The position numbers and the translations under genes were made by a program. Below, piece by piece: positions 36,509 to 47,640 of a DNA stretch of 64,000 nucleotides; positions within the stretch are counted from its first letter, which is position 1, and each line of letters begins with the position of its first letter. The stretch comes from Thalia democratica (taxonomy: Eukaryota), in NCBI GenBank assembly GCA_965202585.1, contig OZ241830.1:15810001-15874000 (forward strand). Direction: 5' to 3'. Below the pieces are notes generated by a model. The model saw only the letters and a list, made by a program, of their open reading frames with translations, did no database searches and was not told the origin of the DNA.

Positions 36509-39500
36509 CAATTTGTAAAAAAATACTTTCTACAAATTCGATTAGCAGAAATCATAATTAAAAAGCACACACTAAATTGTTTGCTTTCTGATGGAAAAGC
36601 GACTTTTAGGCTTGTTTACACTTCCTGAAAGTGTTTTAAACCATTAAAACAGTTGACTTAGTTGAATTAGCAGCGAATTTAAGTTTTTATTTGGGAATTA
36701 TTACAAGCAAACATTTTTATTTAGGCGCCAGTTTAATGCAAAAGGTCTACACAGAAATGTTAAAAAAAAATGCTAGACGATGTTTACATTTAGGATTATG
36801 GTTTGACCTCGCTTATGACTAATGGATTAAGATATTTATTAATTTATATCATTTAAGATCCATTAAGTTTGTTCTTAGCTTTAATTATTTGCTTGTATTA
36901 AAAAAATCTATAACTCATAAACGTAAGCTTGACTTTATCATCTTTTATAGTTTCTACTAACTTATATGCTGCCGGATTTATTTAAAGTTTATTGATAATG
37001 TTCATAAAAAGATAAAAAAAGCGCTAAATATGACTAATTCTAGAACCAGGTGCACAAAAGAACCTTTTGGTTACCGAATTGTACACCGCTTAACTACTTT
37101 TTAACATCTTGCTCTGAGTTAGGATTCTTAATATGAAAAATTAAGTTTTAAAATCATTGTAGTTTTTACGTGTATATTCTAGTCTAACAACTAAAACTTT
37201 TTGATACAAAGTATTGTTATTTAATCGATTATTTAGAAAAACTGAAAAGAAAACTAAACGCAATTGCTTGAAAAAAGAATAACTTATAAGAAGTTTACTC
37301 TAAACTTGTATAAAAAGACAAAGAAACTCATTCTAACAAAAACAAATTTGAATACTTTTAAAATTTCTTTTTCAGTACAACTTAAGTTGTAAGAAAGGTA
37401 TTTGATAAAGATTAAAGCTCATTGATATATAAGCTTTAATTGTCTCAGTTCAGTTTATTTAGTTGTGCGGCATACCGACTTAAAAGTTAAGCTTTTAGTC
37501 AACAATTTTTATAACTTACATAATTTTAGTCAAAAAAGTCTATATTGTCACATAAGATATTTTTGTTTTGTATATATTTTTTGTTTATTGTTAGGTAAAA
37601 ACTGTTTGAAAAAATATCATAAAAAGTTATATTTGTTAATATTTGTAACAGTTGTTTAAACAGGCAATTTTACACATTTCACACGAAACACAAACTCTAA
37701 ACTTCACAATCAATATTGCGTGACAAAACCACTAGTTTATTATTACAAACTTCCGATACAAATTAACAAACTGTTACAATTATGACAGCTTATAAATATT
37801 TACACAACTTTACACCCCTTTTGATGATCAACTTCCACACAAAACTTACAAAACCGCCCTATTATAAACTAACAATCACAACATTACACTAACGAGAACG
37901 TAAACAAACATTAATGCCCGCACAACAGAAGTTAACAGAATTGAAAACTGCACGAGTTGTTATTTCAAACCTCGAATGGGGGTCGCGCCTTTCGCTTGTG
38001 CAAATAAACTTTCGGTACTTATTGTCATTTGCACATTCGACTGGTGCCAGTGGTAGACGCTGGTTGACAAAAGATTAAAAGTTTGTAATAACAAAGTTAA
38101 ATTGTCATCTGGGTCAAAGAGTAGTCAGTAAGTCGCAGTTTTGTAAAATGCTTTGTTTTTGTTTCGAGAAACGAAAATATACAGTTCATTTGATTGTGTT
38201 GTAAAATTTAAATACAGATGAACAATACAAGAAGTTTTGGGTACAAATAACTATTGTTTGTGGGTATATTTTTTTTAATAGTAAAAATAATTCCTAAATA
38301 AATCTTGATGTCATGTCATTAAAGTTTTTAGATAACTCTACTGATAACTACAGCACTTATTTGTTTTAACTATGTATAACAATAAACAAACGTGATTGAA
38401 GTTAGTTAAGTTTTAGTAAATTGCGAACTTATCAAATTTATATTTTACTATAGTAGAAAGCGCTTAAAACTTTAAATAGTCAAAGAGAGTCTTTCTTTTT
38501 TTATGCTTACAAAATAAAACCACAGACTGCAGTAAAGAAAAAATTAAAATGTTATTTTTATAGTTTGCTTTTGGCTGTAAAACTTTCTGGTTTGATTAAA
38601 TTTAAGAATCAGACAGACTCCATTAATTTGTATATACAAACAAAAAGTTTAAACTAACATTCGTTATTTTTGTACTAAATTACATCACGTTTTTAGTTAA
38701 AAGTCAACTTTTAAAAACACACTGAACTTTAAACCTCTTAAACCCTAGCCGGTTAGAGATAGTCGGTTTTTAATACGAGCTCGTAATTTTAGGTAGCTTA
38801 TCAATGTTTTCATCAAGTTTTTTGATCTTGCAGACTCCGTTGACTTGTTTTCCATAAACAAATTTGCGCTTCCAAACTTCTACTTCCCCTAACTACTGTC
38901 GAAAAACTTCTGCTTCTTATTTATTGTTTCTACTTATTATGTTTTGCTGGCATCATAGGCTTTGTAAATAGCCAAAAAGTTAACCTGGCGACTGTCGCGC
39001 CACAATTTTATAATTGTTATTTTTTATTTTCTATAAATCTCATAGTCAAAATGCTAGACTTTTAAGTTTACTTGTTTTTTGTACCTTAATTCAGAGTATT
39101 AAGTTATCAATCAAAATGTACTAAAAGTTTTGAATAAACGAAGTTAAAGTGTAATATCATTAACAGGTAAACTTTATTTGTCGTAATTTCATCGATACTA
39201 AATTGCTGCGATAACTTTCTTGTACCAAAGCATTTTGTTCGAAAAGTTTGTTTTAAAAAAGCGCTAATAAATACTTATATATATTTTTTATGTATAACTT
39301 CAGAATGCTTCTACTGGACTTAAAATTGAAGTAGCTAAATATCTATTACAAAACACAATAAATACTACGAAACAATAGTTCTTTGGATTTTATTTACAAT
39401 TTGCAATAACTTAAAGACGCAATGTTTAAAATATTTTTGTTGTTTGTAATATATATCTATATGTAAATAAATAAGTGTTTTAACAACGTATTTACTAGTA

Positions 39501-40920
39501 TAGCGTTATTTGTAGAATATTATAGTGCTAAATTTTGTTCAAGAAAATTCAAAATTCAAATTTATAAAGTTGTTGGTTTTACCTTGATGTGCTATAAGGT
39601 TTTAATCAAAGTTTGATTTTTTTGATTAACAACTTCAATAAGTTAGTAAAATGTTATAAGATTATCAAAACGGCTTAATAAATAATATCAAATGTAAGTG
39701 TATTTACGTAACATTGTCAATTACATAAATTATTGGTTTATTACTTGTAACATCCTTAAAATGTGACGTAATAGTAGCAATTTCGGGAAAGTATAAACTT
39801 GGTTTTAAATTTTGTCGCTGGTTTAATAAACGACGGTTACTATATGTCTGAGCTCAAAACAACTTTTTGATGAGATTAAAAATGTCTTTGAAATAACTTT
39901 AAAGAACTAGACAAATACAATATTTAGAAACCTAAAAAAAACTTTCTGTACTTTATGAACATGTTTGATAGTCTTGATGTTAGTTTATAAACTTACATTT
40001 GCAAAACTTTTTATTTCACTTAAATGTCATACTTATTAAAAGTAAGTTAAAAGCTAACCTAACATTTTGCACGAAACATATTAACGTTGCCTATGGAAAT
40101 ATATAATTCTTTTATAATAATAACTCAATTTATTAATAAAAAGCATTAACAAAGTCTGGTAGCGATTATACTTAAATAGATTAAACATTCAAAATTATCT
40201 GAAAACAGCAATGTTAACAAGTTAATAACAATCAGAGCTTCATAAAACATCAGGTAACCTTAACAATTATCGGTATTTTTTTTACGTCACAATCTGATGA
40301 TTACGACGTAACAAGAGCGGATTTGCGACGCCGGTAATAATCAAATTAGAAGATTCAAATAATTTTCATTTGGCGCCGTGTTTTTGATTGGTGGCGAGTT
40401 GTAATTGGTTAATTTTATTTTAATCAGCTGATTGGTGATAAGCTTGAAAATACGGCGCCTTTGAAATTTTCTTTCCAAGTGTTAAATATTTATTAAATAT
40501 TCTGAAAACACGCTTAACTCTGCAAGACTTTTAACAACGTAGGTTCTTGTTTGCAGAAACCATTAGAACAAACTGGTGTAATTTAAGTTTTTTAGAAGCA
40601 AAAAATGAGTTTAGTTACCAATATTGTTTTATTAATGAATACAATTTTTAAACTTTTACAGTAATGAGAATTAAACGTTAGGTTTTGAATTTAATTAGAA
40701 GATTCACATGGTTTTGTACGTGGCGCCTCTGAGAACTCAAGTTTTATATTAATTTGATGATAAAATGTTGTTTTATTTTATGATGTTTTGATAATCTGAT
40801 TTATGATAAGCCGAAGAGTGCGGCGCCGTGTTTTGATATTCCGAGAACATTTAACAAATATTTATATTTTCAATGTGTCGTTGTTGTTATACCAAACTTG
40901 GCTATATCTTTGTGTTGTTC

Positions 40921-41333
40921 GGGTGCACGACTATTCAAATTCCGACAATTCAAATTCTTAAATAAAAACTGAAACCGCCTCAAATAAAGAAGTAATGTAT
41001 ATTTTTCAAATATAAAAAATACATGTGTAGGTAATATTAATATCTACAAGATATATTTCTTTCTTTTTGCAAAACATTGAATAATTTTTAAGATACGGCT
41101 CAAATAAAGTAAAAAACAGAGTTATTTTTAGTAATTTTAAAATATCTTGAAAAATATTTTTGACTTTGCAAAAAAAAAATAGCTTGTAGATATTAATAAA
41201 ATCTACATACATATTTTTATTTTTTTTCAAATTTGTTTAACTTATTGAGATATAGTCGTTTAAATATTTAAATATTTTAAAGAATTTGAATTGTCGGAAT
41301 TTGAGTTGTCCGAGTTTGAATTGTCATGTAACC
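40921..41333. mobile_element. Mutator-like (MULE) MITE, 413 bp
   Basis: 9-bp TSD GTGTTGTTC at 40912-40920 and 41334-41342; termini GGGTGCACGAC / GTCATGTAACC; a 25-bp perfect subterminal inverted match (TCAAATTCCGACAATTCAAATTCTT) with short internal tandem repeats. Confidence 0.78.
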
Positions 41334-42019
41334 GTGTTGTTCTTAACAAAAATTGATTGAAAATTGATAATTGAATTAAATAATTGTAGTTTGACTGTTG
41401 CATTACGAAATTTTAATAAATTAAAACGTAGTAGATTATCAGTTGCTTCAAAAACAAATTTTATTGAAATGAAAACTACATTGTTAAGTACCATTTTATA
41501 GATGCTTCATATACAAACTTAAAAATTAACATCGTAAAACGAAATTTAATAAACTAGCTTAAAAAGTTGTTTTGTGATAAGGAAATAACCAAGTTTTGAT
41601 TTCAAAATACAATATAATATAACTATTCTTAAAATGTATTCTGTGCATTGATAATTTGTTGAACAAAACTATATTTTTGATGAATTTTTTTTTTGCAAAC
41701 AACTCATTATTTAAAGTATCTAAGAATAATACAATAGCAACAAAATATTTTTTTAAGATTTTATAAAATTATCTTTAAATAAGACTTAAAGAATATAGAA
41801 ATAAATAGATCAAACAGCTTAAAAACTAGACAAGTTTGTTTTATCAACTTTAAATTTTTTACGTTAAACAAAGCTTATCAAAAGTTTTTAAGGATTTTCA
41901 AAGGTTAGTTCAGTTAGACGTTTCAGTCAAACAAATAAACTCACGCAAACAGAGTTTTGACAATCTGATTATCATACATGTTTTGTCTTGTTAAGCCCAA
42001 TCAATTCTTGCGTTAGAAA

Positions 42020-42051
42020 GTTGTCATGGCAACCATGATTGGTTTGGCGCC
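42020..42051. promoter_or_regulatory. X-box + CCAAT + TTTGGCGCC module (arm A); mirror copy at 48245-48276
   Basis: GTTGTCATGGCAAC-catg-ATTGG-tt-TGGCGCC is identical in reverse complement at 48245-48276, while the wider surroundings diverge. Confidence 0.55.
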
Positions 42052-42599
42052 AAAAATGAAAGTTTTGTATGGAAGTTTGTTGTCAGCATACGCGCGCCCG
42101 AGTTAAGCTGGGGATTATATTTTTTGAACCTCCTTATATGCTTATTATCTTCGGCACTACCTTTTGGTACGCCGCAGGAAATAATTTCATTATCAATAAG
42201 TTAAAAAAAAATGTTTTCTAATACATGTAATAACTCAAAAATATTTTTGGTTTTCGTGCTGTCAATAAAAATACTTTTTTTCAATAACTAGATTTTTTTA
42301 AGCGCTTACTCTGTACTAGTAAAATATTATAGAGAATAATCTCTTAACGTACTGCATATATACTAAATCTAGTCAAATTAGGTTGACTAATTAAATAGGT
42401 TTAAAATTTACTTTTTTGAATGTGTCTAGTAGTGCACAAACAACAACGACAACTGTTTTAAAGAATAATGGTTTCATTTTGAACTTTTTTAAAAACATTA
42501 ATTTCTTTAAATTATGTTTTCGTTTCAATTAAAAACTTGTCCTTTTTATAATGTAAAATGACGCGTTTTTTTATTTGTAAAGTTTTCTACTTTATTGCC

Positions 42600-42850
42600 A
42601 TAACTACTAATGAGGCAACAGACGTCTGTGATTGTTTGGCGCCAAAACTCAGTACTCGTTGCCACCCGCGGTTGTAAGTGGTTTCCATGGCAACGTCACG
42701 GGGTTCCACCGGGTTGCCAGGGCGTCCTGAAGGCGCCTCAGAATTCGAAATGTGTTTTCTGTTGCCGCCGCGCTGAAACAAGTTTTATCTGCTGCATTCG
42801 CATTGCAGCAACATTTTGCGATTTTTCGCGGCACGTTTTTTTGTGTTTTA
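42600..42850. promoter_or_regulatory. GC-rich conserved non-coding element with an RFX X-box, several GTTGCC half-sites and two GGCGCC hexamers (arm A)
   Basis: GTTTCCATGGCAAC at 42681-42694; GGCGCC at 42638 and 42732; conserved in reverse complement at 47395-47640. Confidence 0.6.
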
Positions 42851-45688
42851 CGCTATCAAGTTAGCGAGAGAGTTCAAGGAAAGAGAGACACAATTTAAAA
42901 TATGAGAAAAAATGAGTCTTAGTTGTTGAGAAGGAATTTTATTATAAATTTTCAAATCATATACGAGTCGCTGCAATAAAGCTTACAAAAAATAAGAAAT
43001 TTAAATAAAATTACGGGTTTAAAATACAACTTGTAATATTTTTGTTTAAAGTCTTTAAGAAAACTTGTATTTTGGTTTATACCTTAATTTTTCAAATATT
43101 TCTTTTGAATGTCAGTTAAGAAAGCAAAATTCAACTAAAATTAACTACAAATAGTTACATGCGAAACTGCCCTTTAGTTAAGAAGAAACTTTTTATCGAA
43201 ATTTTATCAGAAAATAGCTACTTATAATAAATTGTTAAGCCTTAAGAACTTAAAAAAATGATTTTATTAAATTATTGTTACGAATAACAACTGAAGATAA
43301 ATTAATCGGGTTAAAAGTTTTCAAAAACACTAGGACTTATTTTTTTGCTCTTCATCTGCAACCCCAGAATATCTAAAATAAGTTTCAAGTTAAAAAAATA
43401 TGAGGGAGTTCATGCTCAAATAATGATAATTTTAGTAAATCGTACATGAGTAATGTCTTACATAAAACAGTTTAGATAACAAAAAAACGTGGACTATTTA
43501 AGCAGTCGTAATTAAAATTATTAAAATAAGTTAACACTTTTTTTTTTTGAATCAATGACCATTAGAAAATTGAAGGTTCTTGAAATTTATGATCGGGCAT
43601 AACTGTATATTTTATTCAAATATTAGAAATATGGAAAAAACAAAAATAACAACGTTTGAAAACACATCAGAATAAAAACAGTCAAATAAATAATTAGAAA
43701 ATAAAATTTTTATTTTCTTAAACATCCATTTAAGATTAAAGTTCCAAAAGTAAAAACAATTTTTCTGAAAGGTCCCACTCAAAAATTTAAACCCCAATTT
43801 AATGTATGTTTTTAAATTAATGGCAAAGGAGCATTCTCTAGAACTAAAAAAGATATTAGTTAGCTTTATAATAAGGAAAATAGTTGGATCTAAAACTTTG
43901 ACTTTAAAAAAAATTGCAACAAATGCTAATCGAGATAAGTTAACGCTCATTTCAAGTATTTTCTTGTCTGCTATTAGTGTTGTTTAACTTGTTTTACTAA
44001 TTAGGTTTAAGTTTAGTTTTTAAGTAAAAAAATGATCTCATTTTCTATGTTTATTCTTTACGCTTTAGGGTTAGACTTTATTTTCATTATATCTTACTAG
44101 ACAAGTTTTAGAGTACATTATGAATAAAACTTTATTCAGTTAACAAATAACTTAGTTAATTTTATTTTCTGTTCTTTCTTTTTATTAATTGTTTTATTTT
44201 TAAAGGTTTAAAAGTTCAGACTAAAAAATTTTTTTTTAGCTTTTTAGAAATTATTAAGCATGTGGTGTATGCCTCGATAACCGATTGGATTTTTAGTACA
44301 CCAGTTCCTTAGACCAAAAATGTTGAGCGATTGTTTTTATCGTTTATTCTATTTTATTTTATCTATTTATTTAAAACATTCTAAAGTAAAGTTTTTGTAT
44401 TGTTATTGTTGTTTGCATGGTGCTTCAACACAATATGTTCATTCATGTCATGTCTTGTTTTATATAGAGTAGCTCTAAGTATTATTCGATATCGGCATTT
44501 AGTATAAGTAAAGTATAAATTCTATCATGGATTTTAGTTTGGATGTACACTTCACTATACCCTTATATATTTGTTTATCTTAACCATTAAGTTATGCTCA
44601 GTAGTGTAAATTAAAGTTTTAAAATTTGATAAAAATGAAACCTATTAGAAATGTTACTTCTTATTTTCATCCACAGAGCAACTAATTAGATACGTTTAAT
44701 AAAATTCTTAGTTAAAATTCTAAAATATTTTTTTTTTAATATCTTAGTTTTTTGAAGGTTTTTGCCATTTTATAGGTTTTAATTGTTTTTCTTCTAGTAT
44801 ACTATATTTAATTAAAAAACTTTCTTTAAAATAACTTTAATAATTTTAATAAGTTTTTTTTAGCCAAAATTGTCACACTAATGCTGGACACTTTCAAAAA
44901 AAGTTTTATCAACTTTTTACTTAAAAAAGTTTTTTGATTTATAACTCATGCTGTTGCAATTTCCTGGTTTCAAATTTTTTTTTAACTTCAGAATACTTTG
45001 ATACTAAAGTAGTAATAACTAGATTAGTTATATGTAAAGTTTGAAATATTTAATGAACACTTTTAGCAAATTAAAGTTTTAAATATATAGTTTTTAAAAA
45101 TCAAGTACATTAAAAATTGCATAAACTCGATTCCTAAAGATATTAATATTTTTATAAACCTGATAAATAACAACAAATACCCTTTAATATATAAACTTTG
45201 CTTTATACAGTGTACTATTTAGCTATTAAATACTGTTTTTACTAAAAATATTTTTTTATATCTACAAATATAAAACTATAAGATTAAGAAAATATATGAC
45301 AGGTTTTTAAACTTTTTACATGATATTTATTTTGTAACGTTTTTGTAAATTTATGTTTTTTTCAAAAACTAACTGACTCTATTTAAAAATAAATATAAAC
45401 TATAGTTTTTTTTCAATTATGTAAGTTATCTTAACTTCTATAAATACTGCCACCTATTTGTTTATATTTTTTGTAAGAAAGTCAATCTTATTTAGTTTGT
45501 TGCAAATATTAAACAGATATCCAATACACTGTGATAGATACTGAACCTAGTAACATTATAATAAATTTTTTAGTTGTTTTGTACTTAATAAAACATTTTC
45601 TTATAGTTTATACTACACTGTCATTTTTTTCAAAGTAAGTAAAGAATCTTTTTATTTTAGAATTATCTTCTATCTATTTTATTTATAG

Positions 45689-45830
45689 CAGGGTTTCTCA
45701 AAGTAGGCCCCTTTAGGATCATAACCAGCAAAGGGACCACAGGGTGGCCATGAGGTCATAAATTAAATTTTACACTACATGTTCTGGAGTTGACGAGGAA
45801 AAGCAAAAAAAAAAAGGTCTCAGACATTTT
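45689..45830 (+). mobile_element. Truncated left end of a hAT-Charlie-like element
   Basis: It begins CAGGGTTTCTCAAAGT, a typical Charlie-type terminus. No matching right end was found. Confidence 0.4.
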
Positions 45831-45940
45831 TAATGGTAGCTTTGAAACTTATGCTAGACACTATGGAAATATTAAAACAAATTATGGGGTAATAAGATAT
45901 TAAAGACAAAATTAGGTGAAAAATATTCAAATCACAAAAA

Positions 45941-46190
45941 GTAGGCGCTGGGCAGCTAGCCGAAATGGTTTCAGCTGCCGGTCCTACGTATCAAGCTCAC
46001 GTCCTGATGGAATAGTCATTTCAGTCTGAAAATACGACCAATCTTCACAACCTAATACACATCGGGCTAACAGAAGTGCTGGCCACTGATCGTATTCTTA
46101 TATTCTTGCGTAGTCGTCCCCATGGTAAGCGACCACCGGGACTCGAACTCGGGACGCAGGACCAGCAGTTGGAAAGCAAAACCGCCTGTT
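45941..46190 (-). mobile_element. tRNA-derived SINE remnant; partial second copy at about 46362-46420
   Basis: The minus strand has a B box / T-arm CCCGAGTTCGAGTCCCGG (B box 46140-46148) after a degenerate TTTCCAA loop, then a GC-richer body ending GCGCCTAC-TTTTT. The end aaaagtaggcg...gctgccggtcct recurs at about 46362. Confidence 0.55.
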
Positions 46191-47394
46191 TAATCTAATT
46201 ACGGTATATATAAAATTTTAATAAATTATTAAAAAATAAGAGTTGAGACAGTTTTTTTGTTAAACCAATTTCATTCTTTATAAAATTTTAATTTAATTTT
46301 TTGAATACACTTATTATTTTTAAAATATCTAAGACAGAATTAGATAAAACTGACTTAAATTTAAAAAAAAGTAGGCGTTTTGGCTTGGGCTGCCGGTCCT
46401 GCGTACCAGACAGATACCCTTGCAGGCTAGGTAGATTAAATATATTAACAAACTGGTTAACAGAAAGATCTATTTTTATTTGTACATCTTCTTTTAAAGT
46501 TGTAAAAATTGTACTAACTGCTTTTTTTGAGAGAGGAAATTAGTTATATCTTGTAATTGCAATTATATCAACTATTTTTTGGTCTTTCATACCTATACAG
46601 TTTTTTTGTTTGTTACTATGTAATCAAACGTTTTAAACTGATGTTTAAGAAAAAGTATTATTTTTTTATTTTCATTAAATCATTTCTTTATTACTTAGGT
46701 TTATTTAAACGACATTTCAAATTAACTGCAAAGTTTTATTTCTTAGAGTAAATTATGAATAACTGTTTATTGTTTCTAAAATAAATTTTATAATTTTGTT
46801 GATTGGTGACCTACTATTGTTTTAATGTAAAGCTTTACGGTTAAAAATTTAATTCATACTTTCCACAACCAAATATTCAAAAAAAAAACTAAGTTAAAGT
46901 TTACTCAATAAAAGTTTTTGACTAGTTCATTATTAAAAACTTTTTTATAAATATTCTAGAAATATGATTTAGCTATGTTTTGTTTATGCTATAACGAACA
47001 TAGAGAAAATTTTCATAGAATTAGAAAATAAATATTATTATCGATATAAAAAAACATTAAAACAAAACAAACCTAGTTTAAAAAGCTTATTTTAAGTCAA
47101 TAGTTCATATAGTAGTATTTTGTTATGTTTGCAGGTGTAAAATGTGCAACTATATTATAATTAACTTTAATTTAAATATATACTAAACAATTTCTTAACT
47201 AATTATTTAAAAAATTCAAAATTAATAAACTACATAATCGATAATACTTAAAACAACTACTGGTAATCTTATAAACTCAAAACTTATGTTTAAACATTCT
47301 TGCAACGATTCAGTCACTGATTAAAACTTTTAACAAAAACGCTTCTCGACGACCAGAACTTGCATTTTTTATCAATTCCAAAATTTTCTCATTA

Positions 47395-47640
47395 ACACGC
47401 AAGAAAGCTTGCCGCGAAAAAACACTGATTTTTGCAAAATGTTGCTGCAATGCGAATGCAGCAGATGAAACTTGTTTCAGCACGGCGGCAACTGAAAACA
47501 CATTTCGACTCGTGAGGCGCCATCACGACGCCCTGGCAACCCGGTGGAGCCCCGTGACGTTGCCATGGATACCAATTAGCAACCGCGGGTGGCAACGGGT
47601 ACTTGTATTTGGCGCCAATAATATCGCAGACGTATATTAC
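47395..47640. promoter_or_regulatory. Mirror conserved non-coding element (arm B)
   Basis: GTTGCCATGGATAC at 47559-47572; GGCGCC at 47516 and 47611. Confidence 0.6.

Noticed and set aside
40921-41333. CRISPR-like array from the short repeated units
   Set aside because: The sequence is eukaryotic, the repeats are contiguous with no unique spacers, and they are explained as MITE subterminal repeats.
42587-42864. Overlapping ORFs in the GC-rich block and its mirror at 47392-47703 as protein-coding genes
   Set aside because: Similar peptides switch frame between arms (DALATRWNPVTLPWKPLTTAGG versus DALATRWSPVTLPWIPISNRGW) and stops differ. Conservation centres on motifs, as expected for non-coding DNA.
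46125-46190. Functional tRNA-Gly(TCC) gene
   Set aside because: Only the T-arm/B box is recognisable. The D arm and anticodon stem do not pair and the sequence continues into a SINE-like body.
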